Part shown: piece by piece, positions 47,070 to 55,314 of the stretch
How positions within the stretch are numbered: the first letter of the stretch is position 1
How the letters are laid out: every line of letters starts with the position of its first letter
Origin: a virus
Taxonomy: Duplodnaviria > Caudoviricetes
Reading direction: 5' to 3' (one strand)
Length of the DNA: 64,000 nt
IMG/VR virus record: IMGVR_UViG_3300042997_001465
Span: 6,778-70,777 of that record
Notes under the pieces: generated by a model
Told to the model about the DNA's origin: nothing
Seen by the model: the letters and a program-made list of their open reading frames with translations, nothing else
The model's database searches: none
Translations under genes and position numbers: made by a program

Positions 47070-48926
47070 TTATTTCACTTCACAAGCTCCACCGGCACAT
47101 GCCAACTCACCACTTAAGTCAGTTGTATCTTCCAATTCTATAACTTTACTTAAGTCAACATCGTTTAATGTTTTCATAAGTTCTTCATATTTTTCTTTTG
47201 TACAATCTTCAAATGGTGCTTGAATATAAGTACCACCATCATAAGGCAATACCGATAATCCATTATAGAACTCTTTGTTTTCCCACATCCACTCACCAAC
47301 TGCTTTCCACTCATGCTCTCTAATAGATATAGTTGCTGATACATTGTGTGAATTGCTTCCAGTTCTATGTCCAGGTTTAATCCATTCACCATGTACTTTT
47401 TTAACTCTCTCTAATAATTGAATTGGTGATTCAGTTCTAAAGATTGCAGTATCAGGTGCTTTTTGTGGAATGCCAATTACAGCAGTATCATGTGGTCTGA
47501 AATATTCATCTTCTACTAATTCAGGATGATTTAGCACTAAGTGAGAATACATCGATTCGTTCTTACCAACTCTTACTCTACGAATATAATAATCGTTATG
47601 CCAAGCATGAATTCCAGATGAAGTTCCTAATGTCAATGAAGTAGTTCCAGCAGGCTTAACCGTTGTACATCTTGCCGATGCGTTAATACCTAATATTTCT
47701 GCTACTCTTTTGTTTTCTATTTTCACAACTTTTGCTGCTTCTTTCATATCTAATTTCAAAACTGCACCACTTCCGATTCCTGTCATTGATATTCCTATTA
47801 AGGCATCCTTTTCAGTTGTTCTTTGCCAAATTGGTCTTAAGTAATGAAAATCAGTATATCCAGCCTGCAATGTTCCAACAAATGCCGCTGCTTTAACTCT
47901 TGCATTCAAATCGTCTTGGTCTACTACATCACTTACATTCACCTCACATAAGTTACAGAATTGGAAAGGTCTTAATGCAATCTCACAACATGGATTAGTT
48001 CCCCAATCTTTATCATTTGATAAGTAGATACCAGGCTCACCTGCTCCACTTGCTTCAATTCGTTTCCATAAGTCCATAAAATACTCTTTAGTAATTTTAT
48101 GTCTCATTAATACTGCTGAGTTATTTGCTCTACCTCTTTGTGGATTTGTTTCCCACCACGCGCCACTCTTACAACTAATCATTTGCTCATCACTTGCAGA
48201 GAATAGAGCGATTAATGCTGCTCTACGGATACCACCTGCTAATACCGCATCAGCAATGTGACAAACCATATCGTGCACTTCAATTGGTTTTAATTTCTCA
48301 CCATCTTTTTTTGCATCTAAGATACCTTCTAATTTGATAAGGCATTCTTTCAATGGTTGAGGACCTGGTGCTTTACCACCTGATGTTACCAATCGTGCTC
48401 CTTTCTCTCTAATATCTCTAAAATCAAATACCGGCTTACTACCACCAAAGAAATATGCTTTTACAATTACTGAAACTGCATCAGCCCATCCTTCAATAGA
48501 GTCACCAATTAAAAATCTTCTTGTCTTATCAGTTGATGGCTTTCTGATTTCAGGTAAACAATCAACGTGATGTTGTTGTACTGAATAACCTACTCCAGTT
48601 CCACCCAATAGTAAGAACATAATTTCTGAAAACACTCTCCAATCATCTACCGGTGCAAATGCACAATTATAAATTCTATTTGGTGATAATTCAATTGGTT
48701 TACCTGCGAACTGCATTGAACGCATTGATGGTAATATTTTTTTATTCGATACGAATTTATATACTTCTTTTATTTCCTCTTTTAAATTTGGATATGTTTT
48801 TATATGCATATCCATATTTCTTTTTACCAACTCCTTCCAAGTTTCTCTCCTTTTTAATTCCGGTCTGTACTTTGCGTACTTCATATAAACCGTAATGTCC
48901 GATAAAATTCGTGTTGAAATGTCCAT
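47070..48926 (-). CDS. nrdJ: class II (adenosylcobalamin-dependent) ribonucleotide reductase, monomeric RTPR type
   Basis: NCAF, GVGY, IRR.A, NPCCEI, CNL, VKPAGT, C-terminal CAGGAC; no beta-subunit gene nearby. Confidence 0.9.
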   Translation of the reverse strand: MDISTRILSDITVYMKYAKYRPELKRRETWKELVKRNMDMHIKTYPNLKEEIKEVYKFVSNKKILPSMRSMQFAGKPIELSPNRIYNCAFAPVDDWRVFSEIMFLLLGGTGVGYSVQQHHVDCLPEIRKPSTDKTRRFLIGDSIEGWADAVSVIVKAYFFGGSKPVFDFRDIREKGARLVTSGGKAPGPQPLKECLIKLEGILDAKKDGEKLKPIEVHDMVCHIADAVLAGGIRRAALIALFSASDEQMISCKSGAWWETNPQRGRANNSAVLMRHKITKEYFMDLWKRIEASGAGEPGIYLSNDKDWGTNPCCEIALRPFQFCNLCEVNVSDVVDQDDLNARVKAAAFVGTLQAGYTDFHYLRPIWQRTTEKDALIGISMTGIGSGAVLKLDMKEAAKVVKIENKRVAEILGINASARCTTVKPAGTTSLTLGTSSGIHAWHNDYYIRRVRVGKNESMYSHLVLNHPELVEDEYFRPHDTAVIGIPQKAPDTAIFRTESPIQLLERVKKVHGEWIKPGHRTGSNSHNVSATISIREHEWKAVGEWMWENKEFYNGLSVLPYDGGTYIQAPFEDCTKEKYEELMKTLNDVDLSKVIELEDTTDLSGELACAGGACEVK

Positions 48927-49085
48927 TTTTTGTAAATTTGTGTTTAGTGTGTGAAAATATTTTAGGAAATCCCTAAAATGTAAGAATAAATATACGGCCT
49001 GACACTAAACGATACAGGTCTGTGGATAAAAACTCCACTTTTTTTGAAATTTATTCATGTCAAAATACATAGTGTATTAAAACAT

Positions 49086-49109
49086 AATAAAAGGGGTGTC
49101 GCCACCCCT
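49086..49109 (-). terminator. intrinsic terminator
   Basis: AGGGGTG-GCGA-CACCCCT then TTTATT on minus strand, 6 nt after stop at 49116. Confidence 0.8.
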
Positions 49110-49115
49110 ATCATA

Positions 49116-49289
49116 TTATGCTGTTTTTTGCTCTGCAGTAGATGCTTGTCTATATGCAGTAATCAATTTCTTCAAATCACCAATAGCTTTTCTAGCTCTT
49201 GATTTGTTTACTTTCTTAGTTCCGTTGTGCTCTGTTTCAAATTGTGTGAAAAGAGTCTTCATTTGTTCGAATAGTTCTTGACTGTTCAT
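49116..49289 (-). CDS. Hc1-like (histone H1-like) small basic protein, 57 aa
   Basis: Not in ORF track. MNSQELFEQMKTLFTQFETEHNGTKKVNKSRARKAIGDLKKLITAYRQASTAEQKTA; RARKA...LxKL...R..S pattern; followed by a terminator. Confidence 0.65.
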   Translation of the reverse strand: MNSQELFEQMKTLFTQFETEHNGTKKVNKSRARKAIGDLKKLITAYRQASTAEQKTA

Positions 49290-49312
49290 GTTTTTTGTTT
49301 TTAATTGTTAAT

Positions 49313-50710
49313 TTATCCTAATCCTGTAACCATTTGCGGTTTGTTTCCAACCGGCATTGTTTCAACGTATTTTTTATGCAAAAGTTGTCTTTCAATTTCT
49401 ACACCACCCGCACTGGCTTTTTGTGCCAATACTCCATCGGATGATGTTGCGGTATAAATATCCAAAGTACCATATGTAGTATCCATCTTTGCTGGGAAAG
49501 TAATACCATCCTGTCCAAATCTATTTTTCATAACATGCACTCTTGCGGTGTTACTCAACTTATCTTTAGCTTTTCTACTTAAACTCATAATAAAGTCAGC
49601 GTTCATTACTTTAGCGTAACTATCTGCTATCTTATCAGCTTCAATAACTTCACTATCAATTGCTGAACGATTTGTTTGTGATGCTGTCCAAATTGGTATT
49701 CCTAACTCACCACTCATTCCTCTTAAATCAATATACACTCCACCTTGCTCAGCGTATGTACTATCGGTTTTGTTTGAATGTGATAATAACAAATCAGCGT
49801 AATCCACAATAATTAAATCGGGTTTGTTGCCGGCTGCTATCATTTTTTCTAAGTGAGCCTGAATTGTTTTGGATGATGCTCCTTTTGGTGGAAAGTATTT
49901 AACTTTCAATTTACCTTTTAGTTTTTTCAATGAAGTCAATACTTCATCTTTTCTATTCACCAATTCATGTGATGCTATATGAGAAAATACGGTATCGTAT
50001 CTCAATCCAACATACTCTTGTGATAATTCCATTGAATAATGTGCCACGGTCTTTCCCGCTTTTACAGCAGCCGCACCTAAAGCACATAACACCCAAGTCT
50101 TACCAACACCAGACGGTGCAACTACAACTCCTAATTCTCCAGAACCCAATCCACCATTCATCAATTCGTTAATACATTCCCAATCAGTTGATACAGTATC
50201 TCGGGATGATTCATCATATCTTTTTTCAAAATCAATAAGATAATCCATACCTAAATCCGAATCAACGCCCACTTTCATTGCCCTATCAACTAACTCTTTA
50301 ATTCTGTCATAATTGCCAGCTTTTAGTAAATCGATTGATTGTACAATTACATTTTTTAAATTTTGATTTATACAAAACTTTGTGAATTCGTTTTTAATAT
50401 ATTCAAAATCTTCGTGTCCAATTGAAGTATAAACTACTTTGAGTTGCTCTACTACTGCTTTCTTTAAAGACGGATTATCTAGTTTCGATACTTGCCCCTT
50501 GAATACATCCAATGTAGGTTCTTTTTTATACTCATCATAATAATCTTTAATCTCTTGTACTATCCATTTGTTAGCATCTGATTCGAAAAACTTCTTATCA
50601 ATGATTTCACACAATGTGTCCATCATTCTAACATCGGTAAGTAAAGCAGATATTACTTTAGCTTGAAACGATTGCCCATATTTAGAGAGTGTATCTACTT
50701 GCTCTGACAT
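49313..50710 (-). CDS. DnaB/gp41-like replicative helicase
   Basis: APSGVGKT, SMEL, IIVDYAD, TASQTNR, DSY, KNRFG. Confidence 0.92.
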   Translation of the reverse strand: MSEQVDTLSKYGQSFQAKVISALLTDVRMMDTLCEIIDKKFFESDANKWIVQEIKDYYDEYKKEPTLDVFKGQVSKLDNPSLKKAVVEQLKVVYTSIGHEDFEYIKNEFTKFCINQNLKNVIVQSIDLLKAGNYDRIKELVDRAMKVGVDSDLGMDYLIDFEKRYDESSRDTVSTDWECINELMNGGLGSGELGVVVAPSGVGKTWVLCALGAAAVKAGKTVAHYSMELSQEYVGLRYDTVFSHIASHELVNRKDEVLTSLKKLKGKLKVKYFPPKGASSKTIQAHLEKMIAAGNKPDLIIVDYADLLLSHSNKTDSTYAEQGGVYIDLRGMSGELGIPIWTASQTNRSAIDSEVIEADKIADSYAKVMNADFIMSLSRKAKDKLSNTARVHVMKNRFGQDGITFPAKMDTTYGTLDIYTATSSDGVLAQKASAGGVEIERQLLHKKYVETMPVGNKPQMVTGLG

Positions 50711-51754
50711 CTATTTTACTATTATATTTGTGTAAGTTGATTTCAACCAATCGTTTATATCCTTCCAATTTTGAAGTATTTTGTACTTCATTGCTGCTTT
50801 AATAAAATCCATCTTATCAAACTTTTTATTAGGTTCGTTGAAACGGTCTAATATTTTAAGAGTTTGGTTTGTATTGATATGTGCTTCTTCTAATTGCATA
50901 AGATGTCTATTTCTTAATACCTCATTTCTTTGTGAAAGGATATCAGCGTATATTTTTGCATCATCTTTCTTAGCTTCACATATATCAAAGAATTCATCAA
51001 AGGTAATTAATCTATCTTCCTCTAATTCAGGGAATCTTTTTAATACAGTCTTTAAACCACATCCTTTAACGCCAGGAATATTATCTGAATTATCACCATC
51101 CAATGTTCTGAATAGTAAAAGGTTTTGTGGGTACATTCCCCATTCTGCTTTTACTAACTCTCTATCATAAAGTTTCTTTTTAGTTGGTGAATAAACTTTC
51201 GTCTTATCATCTACTAATTGTAAGAAATCTTTATCCGTTGATACAATAATACATTCTTCATCTTCACCTAATATTTGTCTAGCTATATTAGCTATCACAT
51301 CATCGGCTTCGATTCCATCATATATCATTGTTGTAATTGGAAGTGAATCTAACAAATCAACTAACCAAACAAATTGGCGTTTCATTGAAAGTTGTTCTTC
51401 TTCCTGTGACATCATTTCAGGGTATTGTCTATTAACTCTAAAACGATTTTTACCTCTATCAGCTTTATATCCTTCAAACACTTCCTTTCTACCTTTAGAA
51501 CCACCCTTACCATCAAAGATAAGAACTACTCTAGTTGGATTGAATTGACGTATTTGAGAACCAATTGAATTTAATGAACCAATAACTCCACCCGTATGGT
51601 CACCATCCTCATTCATTGTAGGATTAGTGGTCCAACTACGGATGAAGGTATTTAGTCCATCAATGACAAGAACTCTACTATTACGCACTCTTAAGTGGTT
51701 GGTTTCATGTTCTGATTCTACTTCGTTAAGAAGCTTTTTGTATAATTCTTTCAT
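50711..51754 (-). CDS. 5'-3' exonuclease / flap endonuclease (T4 RNase H, PolI N-terminal-like)
   Basis: IDGLN, FDG, YKADR, EADD, STDKDFLQL, GDNSDNIPGVKGCG. Confidence 0.92.
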   Translation of the reverse strand: MKELYKKLLNEVESEHETNHLRVRNSRVLVIDGLNTFIRSWTTNPTMNEDGDHTGGVIGSLNSIGSQIRQFNPTRVVLIFDGKGGSKGRKEVFEGYKADRGKNRFRVNRQYPEMMSQEEEQLSMKRQFVWLVDLLDSLPITTMIYDGIEADDVIANIARQILGEDEECIIVSTDKDFLQLVDDKTKVYSPTKKKLYDRELVKAEWGMYPQNLLLFRTLDGDNSDNIPGVKGCGLKTVLKRFPELEEDRLITFDEFFDICEAKKDDAKIYADILSQRNEVLRNRHLMQLEEAHINTNQTLKILDRFNEPNKKFDKMDFIKAAMKYKILQNWKDINDWLKSTYTNIIVK

Positions 51755-51774
51755 TTGTTTTTTTGTAACCTTTA

Positions 51775-52899
51775 TTAATCACCAATCACTTCCGAATCTA
51801 CTACGAGATTATCCGTGTCTAATGAATCTTTTTTGTATCTTAAAATTGTTGATTCACAAATCCTTTTATAGATTTGCTCTCTAACACCAGGGTTAGAATC
51901 TAATGTAAGTGGGAAATCTTTCGCTTGGAACTTAATCACTTCGCCTGAATCAATATCAATATATTCATACCAAGCTCCACTTTGTTTCACAATTGCGTTT
52001 TCTTTCATACTACCTAACCATGCACCGTAGTTATCAATACCCCTATCAAAGAAGATATCAAAATCTGCTGAACGTAATGGTGGGCCCATACGATTCTTTA
52101 CAACCTGGCATCTTACTTTGATACCAACAATTCTTTCGTTACCACTACCATCTTTAGCTTTAATCGTTCCCATACTCTTTAATCTTAAACGAACAGACGC
52201 GTGGAAAGCGATTGCTTTACCACCCGAAGTTGTCCAAGGGTCAGAGAATGGCATTGCGTTCATCTTTTGTCTTAATTGGTTTGTGAAAACTAGAGTGATT
52301 TTCTGTCTACCAATAAGATTTGTGATTTTACGCATTGCTTTGGAAATGATAATTGCTTTATCCGTAGCGTAACCATCCTTACCATAATCAGCTTCCATCT
52401 CCTTTTCAGTTGATGCTGCTGCTACTGAATCCACAACGATTGTTACATACTTATCTTTAGAGGAAGTTCTTACCTTCTCAATAATAGTTTCAGTATATTC
52501 GAAACATTGTTCAACAGTCTCAGCTGCTACATAAAGTAATTTGGTTGTATCTACTCCAATGGCTTCTAAGAATTCTCTACTTACGGCGTTTTCCGTGTCA
52601 ATCAATACTGCCAATCCACCTAGCTTCTGCGTTTCCGCAAGTAAGTGAGCTGATACTAATGATTTACCACTTTGTTCTAATCCCGTAATTTCGGTGATTC
52701 TTCCAACAGGTAATCCACCATAAGGGCGATTTGATATTGCCACATCCAACATAGATGCTCCGGTCGAAACCCAGCCTTCTACATTTGTTGGTGCATCATC
52801 ATTATCTAAAAAGAATGCTACCTTTTGGTCTTTTGATTGTTTGTTAAGGGACTCAACGAGTACTTCCGCCAAGTCAACCTCTTTAGTTGCTTTTGCCAT
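51775..52899 (-). CDS. recA: RecA/UvsX recombinase
   Basis: GLEQSGKS, IDTE, VVDSVAA, FTNQLR, TSGGKAIAFHASVR. Confidence 0.93.
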   Translation of the reverse strand: MAKATKEVDLAEVLVESLNKQSKDQKVAFFLDNDDAPTNVEGWVSTGASMLDVAISNRPYGGLPVGRITEITGLEQSGKSLVSAHLLAETQKLGGLAVLIDTENAVSREFLEAIGVDTTKLLYVAAETVEQCFEYTETIIEKVRTSSKDKYVTIVVDSVAAASTEKEMEADYGKDGYATDKAIIISKAMRKITNLIGRQKITLVFTNQLRQKMNAMPFSDPWTTSGGKAIAFHASVRLRLKSMGTIKAKDGSGNERIVGIKVRCQVVKNRMGPPLRSADFDIFFDRGIDNYGAWLGSMKENAIVKQSGAWYEYIDIDSGEVIKFQAKDFPLTLDSNPGVREQIYKRICESTILRYKKDSLDTDNLVVDSEVIGD

Positions 52900-52914
52900 A
52901 TTAACTTATTTATT

Positions 52915-53733
52915 TTACGAATTGAAAAGGTCATCAAATGCCGATGCCACATCATCTAATTTCTTAGCCGGTGCTACTTCTGGTTTCGATGGAGTTGTAT
53001 CGAATGGTGCTTCATCATCATTATTGGCAGTTGATGAAAGTGTTTCAGCGGATGCTGATTTTTCATCTTCTGATGCTGCTGATGGGTTTAACCAACCTTC
53101 TAATACATTTTTCAATTCTGCATAAGTTAATTCAGAATACAATTCAGTAATTTCTTTCTGATTGTTTAAGTACTTATCCGTATCTTCCTTAGAAGCTGCC
53201 AATGGAGTTTCTTTTGGTTTAACACGGATTGTTGTTACAGGGTAAGAAGTACCACTGTCTTCAGCTGATACTACTTCAACAGTAATATCTCTACCTTCAT
53301 TTGGGTCAGTAATATCACCATAATCGGCATCTGCCATATAACCAAGAATCTCTTGATATACAGTTTTACCAAAGCCCCAGAATTTTACACCTTCACCTTC
53401 TTCACCTCTTACCAATACTGGTACGAATGTTCTAAGTTTCGGCTCCATTTTCTTAGCAGCTTTCCAATCTTCCTTATCGCCCATTCTTTTAAGTTTGTCA
53501 GCAAACTCAACAATTGGGTCAGGTCTACCGAATGACATCGGAGATAGATAAGTTTTGTTGTTAATGTTGTAGTGAAAGTACAATTCAATGAAAGGATTCT
53601 CTTTGTTGAATTTGTAAGGGACTAAACGAATAGTGTGTTTTCCCGGTGCTGGTTTCCAAAGTTCTACAGTTGTTCTTTGGGTGTTTTGCAGTTTGTTAAG
53701 TCTGCTCTTAATTGCGTCTAAATTAATAGCCAT
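52915..53733 (-). CDS. single-stranded DNA-binding protein (T4 gp32-like)
   Basis: WKP...IRLVP, PF..LYFHY, WGFGKTVY, DP.EGRD; acidic tail DDVASAFDDLFNS. Confidence 0.8.
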   Translation of the reverse strand: MAINLDAIKSRLNKLQNTQRTTVELWKPAPGKHTIRLVPYKFNKENPFIELYFHYNINNKTYLSPMSFGRPDPIVEFADKLKRMGDKEDWKAAKKMEPKLRTFVPVLVRGEEGEGVKFWGFGKTVYQEILGYMADADYGDITDPNEGRDITVEVVSAEDSGTSYPVTTIRVKPKETPLAASKEDTDKYLNNQKEITELYSELTYAELKNVLEGWLNPSAASEDEKSASAETLSSTANNDDEAPFDTTPSKPEVAPAKKLDDVASAFDDLFNS

Positions 53734-53820
53734 TGTTTTAAGGTTTTAAGAGTTTATGTTTTATGGTTTTATTTAGGTGAGTGTCCTTCACCCTCTATGT
53801 ATATAAATATAAAGAGATTA

Positions 53821-53852
53821 CAAATATACAACAAATTATTGGACTTTCCAAA
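53821..53852 (-). promoter_or_regulatory. Bacteroidota-type sigma70 promoter (proximal SSB promoter)
   Basis: TTTG, 20-nt spacer, TATATTTG. Confidence 0.8.
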
Positions 53853-53911
53853 TCTTTTTTGAAGTATATTTTATAACCGAATTAAGCATTTATATGGGTT
53901 TGAGATTTACT

Positions 53912-53943
53912 CAAAGATACGAAAAATATTTGATTCCACCAAA
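53912..53943 (-). promoter_or_regulatory. Bacteroidota-type sigma70 promoter (distal SSB promoter)
   Basis: TTTG, 20-nt spacer, TATCTTTG. Confidence 0.8.
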
Positions 53944-53944
53944 T

Positions 53945-53976
53945 AAAAAAGGGAGAATTTTTAGTTTCTCCCTTTT
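53945..53976 (-). terminator. intrinsic terminator downstream of endolysin
   Basis: AAAAGGGAGAA-loop-TTCTCCCTTTT with T-run on minus strand. Confidence 0.85.
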
Positions 53977-53980
53977 GTTA

Positions 53981-54817
53981 TTATGCTAATAAATGATAAT
54001 ACTCTTTGAAGTGTTTGATTCTATCAGGTAATCCAATTGTACCACCATTTACTCTTTTAGTAATAGATGTTACAACTGCATCAGTAGAACCACCATCAGC
54101 CATTTTATGTAATCCGTTTTTAGAGAAGAACCATGCTGCTGATAATAGGGCGTATTTCTCAGCTACTACTTGTGGGTTAGCACAAACATCTTCGCCAATT
54201 GATTTACCAAATGCAGTATAGTTATCCTTTCCTGTCAATTGAATATACCCTCTACCACAAAACTTTGCACCATCTCCAGTTGATTCAGGTCCGTTACCCA
54301 TTCTGCCACCATATACTTTGTTTGCAATCTTCTCCGGCTTTCTTTCGTAAGGTAGAGCTGATTCTAAAGTTGGGAAATATTTCTTAAAGATACCATTCAA
54401 ACCTTTAGCTGAATAGTTTAAGTTTTCTTTTGTCAAACGGAATCCCCCACTCTCATGTCCACATTGTGCTAAGAAGTGTGCTAATCTTAATGCCGAATCA
54501 ATTTGAAACTTTTGTGCTACTGCAGGTATCATTGCGATAACTGCATCAGGAATATGTCCTTTTAGTTTTTCTAATTTCAAACCAGTAGAGTTAGCTACCG
54601 CTACTGCTTGTTGTTTTACTTCGGTATGCTCTTGCTCACCCATAATCATTGCCCAAGTCTTATCACCTACCATACCATCTGCTGTTAAACCATGAGCTGC
54701 TTGCCACATTTTAACTGCTTCTTCGGTTTTAGGTCCAAAGTTACCTACTGGGTCTAATTGTAATTTAACTTGAAGTTGTTTTACTTGTTCGTTGTTATCA
54801 CCTTTTTTTAATAACAT
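53981..54817 (-). CDS. endolysin: peptidoglycan-binding domain + GH19-like lysozyme
   Basis: Likely start MLLKKGD at 54817; VKQLQ..L...G.FGP.T..AV..WQ...GL.ADG.VG; AHFLAQCGHES, ENLNY, GRGYIQLTG, INGG-like VNGG. Confidence 0.92.
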   Translation of the reverse strand: MLLKKGDNNEQVKQLQVKLQLDPVGNFGPKTEEAVKMWQAAHGLTADGMVGDKTWAMIMGEQEHTEVKQQAVAVANSTGLKLEKLKGHIPDAVIAMIPAVAQKFQIDSALRLAHFLAQCGHESGGFRLTKENLNYSAKGLNGIFKKYFPTLESALPYERKPEKIANKVYGGRMGNGPESTGDGAKFCGRGYIQLTGKDNYTAFGKSIGEDVCANPQVVAEKYALLSAAWFFSKNGLHKMADGGSTDAVVTSITKRVNGGTIGLPDRIKHFKEYYHLLA

Positions 54818-54824
54818 AATCTTC

Positions 54825-55256
54825 TTATTTAGGTTGTTCTTCCGTAACTTCTTTATTTCCTTGTCCGAAATCAATTACTTCAAAAACTCTTGTCTGAATT
54901 TTCTTAGTACCTTCGGCATTTGTTAATATGATTGAATTTTTGAACTTCTGCCAATTGATGACAAAAGATGTATCTAATACCCCACCATTCTCCTCTTTAA
55001 CTAATTCGTTAAGAGCATTGATAGTGTAAAGTGAATTAGATTCTTTCTTTCTATGTATTAGGATTGTGTTTTCCAACGGAGTCTCCGGTTGGAATTGTGT
55101 ATCTATATTGTATGTCACAAACAATTCCTCTAAATTGGACTTGTTTTGTAATATATAGATATAGTTGTAGACTATGTGATAAGTCTCTCTTATTTGTTGT
55201 AGAGTGTTTTGCAACTCCTCCTTTGTTGTAAATGTACAAAGTAACTGTGTCTTCAT
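54825..55256 (-). CDS. hypothetical phage protein
   Basis: 143-aa ORF between TATTTATA motif and endolysin; HRKKESNSLYTINALN. Confidence 0.7.
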   Translation of the reverse strand: MKTQLLCTFTTKEELQNTLQQIRETYHIVYNYIYILQNKSNLEELFVTYNIDTQFQPETPLENTILIHRKKESNSLYTINALNELVKEENGGVLDTSFVINWQKFKNSIILTNAEGTKKIQTRVFEVIDFGQGNKEVTEEQPK

Positions 55257-55314
55257 TCTTCCTCTTATTTCGTTTATTACCTATAAATATCAAAAATCGA
55301 AAGGAAGGATATTT

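Noticed and set aside
48927-49115. Cobalamin riboswitch upstream of class II RNR
   Set aside because: Region is short and AT-rich; the B12-box and conserved GGGAA elements are not recognisable.
37228-52899. Inteins or introns in PolB, RNR, helicase or RecA
   Set aside because: All have ordinary lengths, contiguous motifs and no intein or LAGLIDADG signatures.
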